Origin: Pseudomonadota bacterium
GTDB taxonomy: Bacteria; Bdellovibrionota_C; UBA2361; OMII01
NCBI GenBank assembly: GCA_038134595.1
Contig: JAYPVM010000007.1
Span: forward strand, 64,001 to 128,000
Length of the DNA stretch: 64,000 nt
Direction of reading: 5' to 3'
Below are positions 50,566 through 60,444 of this stretch, piece by piece. Every line of letters begins with the position of its first letter. The first letter of the stretch is position 1. The translations under genes were made by a program, and so were the position numbers. The notes beneath the pieces are model-generated. The model saw only the letters and a list, made by a program, of their open reading frames with translations. It searched no databases and had not been told where the DNA came from.

Positions 50566-52884
50566 TTAGTTACTTCCGACCTGGTAGACACTGTATTGCC
50601 TATCTCGCTTGAGGGTTTTCATACACGAAAAGTCGGTTGCATAGATATTCCCAAACTGCTCCCGCTCGAGACTCCCAACAACTATGTACACAATCTTCTC
50701 TTTCAGTGCGGCTTGCTGTCGTTTGAGACAATCTACTTCTGTATAGATATTTTTAGTAATCCCTTCACGCCGAGATATTTCACCACGCTCTCGTGTAAGG
50801 AGTCCAACATGATTAGACCAGCCGAGATACGCAGGTTGTCCTGCCAGAGTCGAAACAAAAGTTGTAAAGCTATAGGGCCTTCCCTGTGCCTCAAGCACTC
50901 GTCCATACGGTCGTTCTCTTAGGTCTCGTATAATACTTGCAGAACCCGGGAAATTCCGTTCAACATCGCTTAGCCCATCATATCCGTAGCGAGCATCACT
51001 AGTTACAACTCGCCTGGGCATTGTATGGTTATAAAATGCCATTGAACCCGCGATTAAAACAATGGCGGTGCTCCAAAGATGTATAATCGTAATACCGCGA
51101 ACCACAAAATTATCAGCATCCAGCCTAGCGGCCATCACCCTACGCCAAACATACACAACCGACAGGCTTATGAGCGCCCAGGTCGTAGTGTATATCTTAA
51201 AGATTGTGTTCATTCGCTCATTATCGCCGCCGTATGAATCGTTGAGAAAAACTATCTCCGGAAGAAGAATTAATCCGAGACTACCGATTACAAGAGCTTC
51301 ACCAAACACGTCTCGCCACGAAACCTGCTCGGCTCTTAACTCGATTATCCTAACTAGTTGAACTCCAATAAGGGCATAGATGAACAACGCCCCCTTATCA
51401 AACAGAAGAGTTCCTCCTAAAAATAGCACCATAAACGCGGTAGAGAGGCACCACTTTCGAATCGCAATTGAACCGATCGTTAGAAGCCCCAACTGCCATC
51501 CCCAATGGGCAAACATCTCAAGTGTTGTGGTTACCGGTATTTTTTCACGAACAAAGGTTAGCTCACCACCTCCCTCGGGTTTAATGTGCTGACTGGATAA
51601 TTTTAAAGCTATCAGCAAAAGAATCCAAAAGAACGTCAAAGCGATGTCCACAGTTGGTAGCTTGCGGCCCGAAAAAAGTGCTGGCTTAACGAGATGAAGG
51701 GGGCAGGTTAGATACGCAAATACCACCGCAACGACTCCGGTTAACGCAATCTCAAACCAACTCAAATCCGCATAATAACAAACGACCACCACTACGGCCG
51801 CAAGTAACACCCCACCTGCAGTTATCTGACGAAAAAGGTCTCCAACCCCCTCAGTATCTCCAACTAGGGAGCGCCCACGTAGTTTAGCAAAAACATTGTC
51901 GGTTAACATCAGTCTTAGCGCTACTATGAGAGCGGCCATCCCTCCCCACATCGGCACCTCCCAGGCGTTACTACCAACCAGAAAAAAAACGCCCGCTAGA
52001 ACCATAAATACGCCGTGATAAACACGAGAGATTACCGACGTTTGTTGCGTGATGATGCGGTAAAAAAACAAAAGCAATAAAGAGAATGTTGCGAGGTTAA
52101 GGTAATGAGGATGTGCATCACCGAGCAAAAAAGACCATGCAGGAAACTCTGTAATCGAACCAACAATTACTCTCGAGGGTCCCCACCATCCTTCATCCGG
52201 CGAAAAACCTTCTCCTCGAATGTGCTTTAGCGTTAACATCCCTGCAACATTCGGAATAAAGGGAATGCCTACTGCCGCACACCATGCAAGCACTCGCCCG
52301 CCGCCCAACACTACCCGCACGACCTGAAACAAAGCTGCTCCATAAAGAGCTAAAGCAAACGCAACGATTGCGTGATATGCTTCCCACACCTCCATATGCA
52401 GCACGGATCCCAACATCGCTGTGAAGCGATACCAAAACACATAATAGTTAAGGCCATAGCCCTCCATCCAAGGCTCTTTCGGTGTTACAGGAGAGTCAAA
52501 AGCAGATGCAATAAGCGCGTAATCCCGAAGCCTCTCACCCATGGCATAGAACTCACGCCACTGCATACACAATGCGTAAGCGAGCGTGAATATAACTAGG
52601 AACGCTCCCAGCGGAAGCCAATCATCTAAGGTAAGGCGATTCTGCTTCTTTCGAGAACCAAAGATTTGGTAGGCACTAAACGAGACTAAACCAAAAGAAA
52701 AGACATAAAAAGCCTGCTCCGCACCACTTCCTTCGATAGAAGAGCCTATCTGCAACAACAGATAGGCCAAAAAAAACTTTAACAAAGGAGTCAAGAGTAA
52801 TGAGGCAACAACAAACTCAAAAAGCGGTACCGCTATGAACATCCCGACGAACGCAACTACCGCAATCAAAAATAACGTACTCAT
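50566..52884 (-). CDS. DUF2298 (YYY-domain) membrane protein, divergent copy
   Basis: GERLRDY, P.EPWMEG..LNYYVF, WWGPSRVI, ITEFPAWSFLLGDAHPH, ERMNTIFK, LGWSNH. Confidence 0.82.
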   Translation of the reverse strand: MSTLFLIAVVAFVGMFIAVPLFEFVVASLLLTPLLKFFLAYLLLQIGSSIEGSGAEQAFYVFSFGLVSFSAYQIFGSRKKQNRLTLDDWLPLGAFLVIFTLAYALCMQWREFYAMGERLRDYALIASAFDSPVTPKEPWMEGYGLNYYVFWYRFTAMLGSVLHMEVWEAYHAIVAFALALYGAALFQVVRVVLGGGRVLAWCAAVGIPFIPNVAGMLTLKHIRGEGFSPDEGWWGPSRVIVGSITEFPAWSFLLGDAHPHYLNLATFSLLLLFFYRIITQQTSVISRVYHGVFMVLAGVFFLVGSNAWEVPMWGGMAALIVALRLMLTDNVFAKLRGRSLVGDTEGVGDLFRQITAGGVLLAAVVVVVCYYADLSWFEIALTGVVAVVFAYLTCPLHLVKPALFSGRKLPTVDIALTFFWILLLIALKLSSQHIKPEGGGELTFVREKIPVTTTLEMFAHWGWQLGLLTIGSIAIRKWCLSTAFMVLFLGGTLLFDKGALFIYALIGVQLVRIIELRAEQVSWRDVFGEALVIGSLGLILLPEIVFLNDSYGGDNERMNTIFKIYTTTWALISLSVVYVWRRVMAARLDADNFVVRGITIIHLWSTAIVLIAGSMAFYNHTMPRRVVTSDARYGYDGLSDVERNFPGSASIIRDLRERPYGRVLEAQGRPYSFTTFVSTLAGQPAYLGWSNHVGLLTRERGEISRREGITKNIYTEVDCLKRQQAALKEKIVYIVVGSLEREQFGNIYATDFSCMKTLKRDRQYSVYQVGSN

Positions 52885-55226
52885 AGGTCTTTTTCACTCT
52901 TATAATTAGAATTGTACTTTGAGAAATACGTCACATACAGCGACGTCTCACCAAACGAAGCAACATGGGTAAACAACTCAGAATCCTTGTCGAAGCGCTC
53001 TTGAATCAGCCTTCGATATGCATTCCTCTCTATCTTTCCTACGACAACATAATCCACCCGATAATTGAGAAGCGCCTCGCGAACTTCGTCTATGCTTTCA
53101 CTCGAGTATATTGTCTTAATCGCCTTTCGACGCTCCAATGCTGATTGAGACGAAAGTCCTCGCTGTTTAGCATGGTGTTCCCACCCAAGAACTGTTGGCA
53201 GTCCTGTATGCATTGCGATGCGAGTATATTCTCTGTATCCACCACCTTGTGCTTCAACAATTACTGGGGTTCCAGAAACATGGGTATTCAACCAATCGAT
53301 GAGTGCTGCATCATCCGGATTCATCTCATGAAGATATGCCGTTCCGTCAAATGTATAGTGACGAGTTGGCACTCGCTTGCGAGCCACTACCGCATATACA
53401 TTGACGGCCGTTCCGGCTAACAAAGACACAATCGTTAGCGCTGTCACAAATTGCGCACATCGTATCATTTTCTTTGATGCGTACTGCTTTAAAAGACCGT
53501 AGGCATAATAGGCTCCGACGACTGTTGCAACTCCCGAAAGGATCCAAACCGCCATATATCCCTTGAATAAAGTATTCATTCTATCAAGCAAGAAAAACAC
53601 CTCTAGAACGCAAATCAAAATAGAGAATCCGCCCATAAAAATCGCCAGCACCTTTAGTTCGTAGGCTTCTCTTCGATCCATCCACAACAAAGCACCAGCA
53701 ACCACACAAACCATAGAGCAAATAACGAAGATTCCCCACGGCAATGAATGATGTCCAGTAGAGGCGCTCATAACGCCGGGAACCAATGCTAGTAATGCCG
53801 CCAGGCACGCCAACAAGCGTTGTCCAGGCGACATCCGATATCCAGCTTGGCGAAATCCCCATAATAGACATGCCGAAACTGCGAGAGAACCTAAAAGCCA
53901 GTAACCGATAACGCGAACTATTTTAAGCGTTGCATTAAATTCCTGCGAACCAGCATAGCCCCATCCCCCTTGGGGATTGAAGGCAACTGCTTTTGTATAC
54001 AGCCAAACAGTAAGTCCTGTAGCAAATCCAAACACACAGAGATCCCATACCGCCGCCACAACACGTGAGAATCCGACCGATAGTACCACCTCACCGATAT
54101 ACGGTTTGTCATTTTTATCTCGCGGAGGGTCCCAAAAGAGAGGGACTCGAGCTGCCAGCAATACAACGCCAACTACCCCTCCAAAGGAGATAAAATCCCA
54201 GGTATTGCAGCCAAACAAAGCTCCGACGACGACACCAAGAAGAATACGAACCCAAAAGCCTCTCGTGGTGTAGCGTGAATCCGGGTCGAGAGAAATCATT
54301 GCCGCTAACACCAACGCTGTAACGGTAAAAGGAATAGCTATTACATGAGCATGGAGGTCGGCAAAGAGAAGCGACCAGGACGTGTACTCCAAAAAACTCG
54401 GCGACGTAAACACTCGGGTAGACGGCCAAAAAACGGTGTCAAAATTAAACGACGTGCCTGACCAGATATTCACTATAATTAGCCGCATCACCTCCGGATT
54501 GCTTGCAAATAACAGTAACCATGCACACCAGAATGCATATCGACGATTCTTAGTTAATAACACACACAAAGAAAAGAGTGCGCACCCAATCCAGCCGGCA
54601 AGAGTCGCCATAGCAAAATTAAAACCATACGCCACCGGAATTCCCGACACCTTGAGCAGCGCCGCAATGAAGTACAATCCAAGATAGTAATAGCTCATCG
54701 GACTTCCAGAGGCCCACGGGTCTTCTGGCGGAAGAAAATTGTTCCTTACAAAGAAATTTAAAAACGTAGAATCCATCGGCTTCTCACCCCAAAATATCTC
54801 GGGATTTAGAAATCGAATAACTCCATACACGCACGTTATTCCTAAGAACACCCCTTCAACCGATGGGCCATACTCTCGAAGAAGTTTCTTAAGCTCCATA
54901 CGAGAAACAACACCTTTTGAGTAGCCAAGATATCCTACAAGCAATAAGACGCAGGAGAGAAAAACTGGCAGGGTGTCTCCCCCAGGATTAATCCCTAAAA
55001 GAGTGCAAACCCAAAGACTAGCGGCTAGTAAGAACGGTCCAACTAGTTTTGAGATTCCGTATCCTCTATCTGGTGCGCCTGGGCACATCCATGCGACAAA
55101 GGGCAAGACTGCAAACGAGAACGCTTCAACAACAACTAACCACCATAGAAATGCACCGATACCAAATAGCTCCACAATCACTACTCCAATTTGTTTACCT
55201 GAAGCGTTGTCCAAAAGAGGTTGCAA
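52881..55226 (-). CDS. DUF2298 / Chlor_Arch_YYY (TIGR03662-like) membrane protein
   Basis: GEKPMD, PPEDPWASG..MSYYYLG, FWPSTRV, ADLHAH, NTWDF, DRMNTLFK, TGLPTVLGWEHH. Confidence 0.87.
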   Translation of the reverse strand: MQPLLDNASGKQIGVVIVELFGIGAFLWWLVVVEAFSFAVLPFVAWMCPGAPDRGYGISKLVGPFLLAASLWVCTLLGINPGGDTLPVFLSCVLLLVGYLGYSKGVVSRMELKKLLREYGPSVEGVFLGITCVYGVIRFLNPEIFWGEKPMDSTFLNFFVRNNFLPPEDPWASGSPMSYYYLGLYFIAALLKVSGIPVAYGFNFAMATLAGWIGCALFSLCVLLTKNRRYAFWCAWLLLFASNPEVMRLIIVNIWSGTSFNFDTVFWPSTRVFTSPSFLEYTSWSLLFADLHAHVIAIPFTVTALVLAAMISLDPDSRYTTRGFWVRILLGVVVGALFGCNTWDFISFGGVVGVVLLAARVPLFWDPPRDKNDKPYIGEVVLSVGFSRVVAAVWDLCVFGFATGLTVWLYTKAVAFNPQGGWGYAGSQEFNATLKIVRVIGYWLLGSLAVSACLLWGFRQAGYRMSPGQRLLACLAALLALVPGVMSASTGHHSLPWGIFVICSMVCVVAGALLWMDRREAYELKVLAIFMGGFSILICVLEVFFLLDRMNTLFKGYMAVWILSGVATVVGAYYAYGLLKQYASKKMIRCAQFVTALTIVSLLAGTAVNVYAVVARKRVPTRHYTFDGTAYLHEMNPDDAALIDWLNTHVSGTPVIVEAQGGGYREYTRIAMHTGLPTVLGWEHHAKQRGLSSQSALERRKAIKTIYSSESIDEVREALLNYRVDYVVVGKIERNAYRRLIQERFDKDSELFTHVASFGETSLYVTYFSKYNSNYKSEKDL

Positions 55227-55336
55227 TCACTTTGTTTCAAGCGTAACCTTCTAATTCTTTTCGTATATTTTGTACCTCACAGAGCCTCATTAACGCCATC
55301 CTTTAAATTATCCCGGTCTCTCCTTTCGCGACACTA

Positions 55337-56332
55337 ATGCACGTAATTAACTCAAGCTTTTCACCTCCTATATATCTTCGCTCTCCGCATACTCAAACTA
55401 TTATTCCTGCACTCCTGAGAGGCCGAAAACAAACTCCCGCGGTGACGAACCTGCTTGAATTAAATGATGGGGATTTCTTAGAGACTCGCCTTCACAAACC
55501 GGAAAACTGGAACGCTTCACAGAACCCGCTTGTTATCATCTCGCACGGACTTGAAGGCTCAATGGAGAGCTCCTACATACTCGGACTCGTCAAAACCTTG
55601 TTTGATAGTGACATTGCTTCGATCACCTGGAATATGCGTGGCTGTGGAACTACCCCAAATCGCTTAAAAACATGGTACCACAGTGGATACTCATCAGATC
55701 TTCGAATTATCGTAAACACCGCCAGAAACCTTTTTCCCAACACTACATTAATCCTTATAGGGATAAGCATTGGGGGCAATATTACTGTCAAATACTTAGG
55801 TGAAGAAGCTAAGCAAGCGACTCAAAACGGCATCGTAGGCGCTGCCATCATCTCTGCCCCATTAGACCTAAAAGGCTCCGCTCTCACACTTGCCCTGCCT
55901 TCTCGACGAATCTATATGCAATATCTACTACGCTCCCTAAAGAAGAGAATATACCAAAAACACGCCCAATTTGCTCAAGACATCTCCATCGAATCCTTAG
56001 AGCGGATACGATCATTCTACGAGTTTGACAGTCTCTATACTGCCCCCCTGCACGGCTTTGCATCTGTCGAAGAATACTGGCACGTATCCAGTGGGATACA
56101 CTTTCTCCCGAAAATCACTATTCCGACTCTACTACTTACAGCACAAGACGATCCGTTCTTATCTCCATCGTGCCTTCCCGATAAAGACTCTCTACAATCA
56201 CCTCACATACTCTTAGAAACCCCGAAATACGGCGGTCATGTGGGGTTTATCGACTCAATTAACCTCAAACGCACCTGGCTCGACAATCGAATGTTGGCCT
56301 TCGTTTCTGAAATCTACTCACCTCCTTTCTGA
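55337..56332 (+). CDS. YheT-family alpha/beta hydrolase
   Basis: HTQTI, DGDF, HGLEGS, RGCG, YHSG, GISIGG, EFD..YTAPLHGF, DDPF, GGHVGF. Confidence 0.9.
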   Translation: MHVINSSFSPPIYLRSPHTQTIIPALLRGRKQTPAVTNLLELNDGDFLETRLHKPENWNASQNPLVIISHGLEGSMESSYILGLVKTLFDSDIASITWNMRGCGTTPNRLKTWYHSGYSSDLRIIVNTARNLFPNTTLILIGISIGGNITVKYLGEEAKQATQNGIVGAAIISAPLDLKGSALTLALPSRRIYMQYLLRSLKKRIYQKHAQFAQDISIESLERIRSFYEFDSLYTAPLHGFASVEEYWHVSSGIHFLPKITIPTLLLTAQDDPFLSPSCLPDKDSLQSPHILLETPKYGGHVGFIDSINLKRTWLDNRMLAFVSEIYSPPF

Positions 56333-56454
56333 GGACATCTAGAGATATCTACACTATTTCGAAACATTTAGCGCTTTTCCGAGCAACTTTTCTCTACAGC
56401 CTTCGATTACTGAATTAAGACTTACGAAACGTGGGCAACAGGAGGGAAAAAGCA

Positions 56455-56826
56455 ATGATGACAGACTTTAGGACGGGATCGTGGGTAACACTCTCTCGAG
56501 ACGCGCACACTATACCAGCTGGATGCTATCGCTTTTACCGTTTTGAGGATGAAATGATGCTTCTAACCGTAGGTCCAGAGATCGTATTAGGCCTGAATTA
56601 CTCATATTGGAACCAATGGCTTACCCCAGCCACACTAACAGCGACTCGGCCCACTCGACTAAAGGACTTCCTGAAACGTTATGCACACAACGTGCAAGAG
56701 ATGCACAAAAACGACTACGTATTATCGGCCGAAAGCATGACATTCTGTTTTATGTCAGCCCATTACTACGCACATATTGCCAGTCAAATAAGCGATAATG
56801 AATCGTTCCTTCCGGTAGCTGCATAA
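56455..56826 (+). CDS. Hypothetical protein
   Basis: AGGAGG RBS before ATG 56455; no recognised motif. Confidence 0.6.
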   Translation: MMTDFRTGSWVTLSRDAHTIPAGCYRFYRFEDEMMLLTVGPEIVLGLNYSYWNQWLTPATLTATRPTRLKDFLKRYAHNVQEMHKNDYVLSAESMTFCFMSAHYYAHIASQISDNESFLPVAA

Positions 56827-57064
56827 GAATACACAACTTAAGACCTAAAAAGGTTTTATTACATCCCATATGATGCTATCCATTAAAGTCTTATCAGGGT
56901 GGTCGCAGTACTTTGAAGCATTATAGATGTGCTCATAGCTGTCATCCTCGTGGAGATATATATGATCCGGCTTTGCGCCGTTTGAGCTTCTCCAAAATAA
57001 CATTCGTCCAGAAACTATAACTAATCGGGTAAAGCTTACTCGCAAAACCGTATTAGGAATAACC

Positions 57065-58381
57065 ATGCAAACCGTTAAAAAAGTGCTCTTGGGTAGTGTC
57101 CTGCTCATCGCAATTGCTTCCTCGTATGTGCTCAGTACTTCACAACCGCACAACAAACTACAAGAGCTTCAAAAGCAACGGCAGAGCATTAAGGACGTCG
57201 TGTTTATAGTAGTAGACACGTTACGGGCAGATAATCTTCCTTGGCACGGTGGGGAATCATCAACTGCTCCCTTTCTCGCCTCGCTTGCAGAGAAGTCTGT
57301 AGTTTTTGATAGAGCATATTCAGGCTGCTCCTCCACTGCTCCTGCCATGGCTTCTATCTTCACCGGAAGATATCCATCGAGACACGGCGTTATAACTGGT
57401 TTGCTGGCCCATCGCCGACTTGCCTCAAAGTCACATGACTTAAAATTAAATAGAATACCGAAACGGATACAGACACTCCCAGAGTTTTTTCAGGAAGCGG
57501 GCTTTACAACGCTCGGCGTGGCAGACAATTTAAACATATCCCACGAAATGGGATTTGCCCAAGGCTTTGATAGCTTAACAACCACCCGAAACGTTGGAGC
57601 TGCACAGGTAAACAAAACAGTCCTTGAATGGCAAAGTCCTGCTCAGAAAAACCGTTTTTTCTATATCCACTATATGGATCCTCACGCTCCTTATGAACGA
57701 AAAGAGGCGTGGATTCCCAAAAACAACCAACCAAAAAATTCACATATCGAGGCATATAAAAGTGAGATCCGTCATGTCGATGAACACATAAAAGCGCTTT
57801 TTGCCCGCAAGATTTGGGGCGATGATGCCCTAATCGTTTTCGTAGCCGATCACGGCGAAGCTTTTTCCGAACACGAAGCCTCCGGACACGGAAAAAACCT
57901 CCATACCGAAGTCGTCCGGGTGCCATTTTTTATGTATCACCCAAAGCTCCGCGCTCACCGAGTCAGAAAGACCGTTCATACTGCCGATATTCTGCCAACG
58001 CTCGTCGATATCTTCGGATGGATTGCCGATGAAAACTGGCAGGGTCAATCGCTCCTTAACAAGCAAGCCTACGGTAGACCTATTTACTCTGAGCTCCTCC
58101 GCCCTCAGGAACATCCCCGCACATCTGAAGAATCTGTTATCGCCGATAGTTATCAACTAATCGTTGCAGGCGAGGACAACAGACAACTTCGTCTCTATGA
58201 CATCTACAACGACTTGCAACAAGTCAACAATCTAATAAACGACGAATCTGACAAGGCTCGAGAGCTCCTAGCTCTGTTAAATGAACATCGCAAAAGCTCC
58301 CCACAGGATAGCGAAGAAACTGTTATCACAATGGATGCAGACGGACTCGAGCATTTAAAAACATTGGGATACCTTCAGTAA
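57065..58381 (+). CDS. Sulfatase-like (alkaline phosphatase superfamily) membrane-anchored hydrolase/transferase
   Basis: VVDTLRAD, STAPAMASIFTG, HYMDPHAPY, ADHGE, C-terminal LKTLGY; N-terminal anchor. Confidence 0.85.
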   Translation: MQTVKKVLLGSVLLIAIASSYVLSTSQPHNKLQELQKQRQSIKDVVFIVVDTLRADNLPWHGGESSTAPFLASLAEKSVVFDRAYSGCSSTAPAMASIFTGRYPSRHGVITGLLAHRRLASKSHDLKLNRIPKRIQTLPEFFQEAGFTTLGVADNLNISHEMGFAQGFDSLTTTRNVGAAQVNKTVLEWQSPAQKNRFFYIHYMDPHAPYERKEAWIPKNNQPKNSHIEAYKSEIRHVDEHIKALFARKIWGDDALIVFVADHGEAFSEHEASGHGKNLHTEVVRVPFFMYHPKLRAHRVRKTVHTADILPTLVDIFGWIADENWQGQSLLNKQAYGRPIYSELLRPQEHPRTSEESVIADSYQLIVAGEDNRQLRLYDIYNDLQQVNNLINDESDKARELLALLNEHRKSSPQDSEETVITMDADGLEHLKTLGYLQ

Positions 58382-58495
58382 ATACCCTTCCGATAAAGAT
58401 CCTCCAAATTCACCTATACTATAACACCTTGCGGGTGCTCTCTCTCGTGCAATGTGTCGCTATCCAGACACCATCATTTCGGCTACGATTGAGAC

Positions 58496-60412
58496 ATGGC
58501 AAGCGCCTTTAAAACCTACAACACTATCTTCGAGAACGTCTCGGCACACTCAGGCGCCCTGCTCTCCTTCTTGCCTCTTTTCTTCCTTGTCATCACTGCA
58601 GGATTCGGACTCTTATATCGCTCTAGAAAAGAAGCGTCATCACGCCTTGTCTACCTTAGCCTAGTAGGGATTGTAGTTTATTCGAGCTTGTTTTTCCCCG
58701 TGCTCTACAGTTGGGCGAACATCGCTACAATTCGTCTTATTGGAGTCTTGCTCATCGTCTTATACCCGCCACTTTTCGGCCTCCAAGACAGCTCAAACAA
58801 TTCGCCAATAAAACACAGAAACAAATTGGCTCTTGTTATCATTCTAGTAAGTTTTGTCGTCAAATCGATGCACATCGAATCGTGGCCGGCTGTGCTTACT
58901 GACTACGGGGCTAGAACAGGTCGAGAGGCACTTGAGTTTTTACAAAACCCGAATCTCTATCGGCTATTTTCAAGCAAGTCCCGATGGGTATCTGCCGGGG
59001 GATCCTCAATCATTCACACCCCGCTATTACTTGCCAACTTCAAAATATTTGGTCCTGGTACCATCGCGATTCGATTCACCGAAGTACTATTCTCTACCGC
59101 AACTCTTGGGCTTTTATGGCTGATTCTAAAACGAACCACTCACTCCTTTGTAGCACTTACAGGAGTCACACTCTGTGCATTTTCAGCCGAGCACCTTTCC
59201 TATTCTCGAATTGGAACGTTCTACTCCGCCTCACAGGCCCTGGGCCTTCTCATTCTTTATCTTTGGCTTAAGCTATATGACAACAAGAGCTACAGCAGAC
59301 CTCTTCTTCTACTAGCAGGTATTTGCACACTTCTTGCTCCATTTGCATATGCCCCTTCAAAACCTGTAATAATCTTCTCACTCTTTGCCGCACTTTGGTT
59401 ATACCGGCCTCTATATTCTCCAGCCATTAAATTCTGGAACAACAAAGCTAGGCTCGGCGTGTTCTTCTTGGCAATTTTGGGCATCGCCTTTGTGATCAAT
59501 CAATACGTAATCTCGCAGCCTCCATTTACCTATCCTGCTGGAACCATACACCAATTAGCTAGCGATACCCCTATCTGGTTTAAATTAGACAGTACTCGCG
59601 TAGCTCCAACTCCACAAAGCCTTTTCACATCCATTAAAAACGTCTGGGAAAATATCACAATCCTTTTCAATCAAGGCTTAAGGGAAGAAGGGTCATTTGG
59701 ATTTCACAAGCTCTTTTCGCTGTGCAATCTCGCACTACTTCCTCTTTCGTTAATGGGAATATTTTTTAAGAAAACTCGGGTAATCAGCGTATACATCTTT
59801 CTCGCCTTCGCTCCTCAAATTATTGTTGCGCCGCTTCCGCGCCGGAGCATTCTCATGCGCCCATTTATTGGGGTCACACTTGCACTATTTGTCTTTGAAT
59901 ACGTCTCGTGCTTTCGTAAAGTAATCTATCCCCGCTACAAGAAAATTCTTATTGAAGCACCCCTTTTTCTGTCCTTAGCGATTGTGCCACTCCAGGGCGT
60001 CTATTCCTTTACGAAACTCAACGGCCCGGTAGGAGTCGGTCCTTCTTTTGGTCCAGAATACGTTCAAGACATGTTGATTCACCTCAAAAAACTAGATCCC
60101 AAAATACCTCTCGTAATCCTTAATTCATATTGGGCCTCGGATAAATATCGAATTGCTTTAGCTGACAGGATATTCACTTCACCGAGAAAGAGTGCCCCAG
60201 TCTACTTTCGTAACCTGCCCAGAAAATGGTCCAAAGCTAACATTCCGCACGCCAATGGTCCTGTCTATATAGGAATCTTAAACGAAGATTACAGAAGACA
60301 ATTAATACCACTGCTAAAAGAGAGAGTGCCACTCATAACACTACATGCTTACGGAGAAAAAAATCGTATTTACTACTGGATTGGTAGCATCAACGCTCCT
60401 TCGCCGGACTAA
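58496..60412 (+). CDS. GT-C fold (GT39/ArnT-like) membrane glycosyltransferase
   Basis: Many TM helices; FKIFGPG..AIR, FSAEHLSYSRIG, AYAPSK, RR loop pattern of PMT_2-like proteins. Confidence 0.62.
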   Translation: MASAFKTYNTIFENVSAHSGALLSFLPLFFLVITAGFGLLYRSRKEASSRLVYLSLVGIVVYSSLFFPVLYSWANIATIRLIGVLLIVLYPPLFGLQDSSNNSPIKHRNKLALVIILVSFVVKSMHIESWPAVLTDYGARTGREALEFLQNPNLYRLFSSKSRWVSAGGSSIIHTPLLLANFKIFGPGTIAIRFTEVLFSTATLGLLWLILKRTTHSFVALTGVTLCAFSAEHLSYSRIGTFYSASQALGLLILYLWLKLYDNKSYSRPLLLLAGICTLLAPFAYAPSKPVIIFSLFAALWLYRPLYSPAIKFWNNKARLGVFFLAILGIAFVINQYVISQPPFTYPAGTIHQLASDTPIWFKLDSTRVAPTPQSLFTSIKNVWENITILFNQGLREEGSFGFHKLFSLCNLALLPLSLMGIFFKKTRVISVYIFLAFAPQIIVAPLPRRSILMRPFIGVTLALFVFEYVSCFRKVIYPRYKKILIEAPLFLSLAIVPLQGVYSFTKLNGPVGVGPSFGPEYVQDMLIHLKKLDPKIPLVILNSYWASDKYRIALADRIFTSPRKSAPVYFRNLPRKWSKANIPHANGPVYIGILNEDYRRQLIPLLKERVPLITLHAYGEKNRIYYWIGSINAPSPD

Positions 60413-60444
60413 TTCCAACGAATCCATCGGATTACAGCGCCTCT

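Noticed and set aside
56845..57066. Minus-strand ORF with YLHEDD, like the GT-C motif YHEDD in the 25282 gene
   Set aside because: Match is too short, no TM context, and the longer ORF overlaps the sulfatase start
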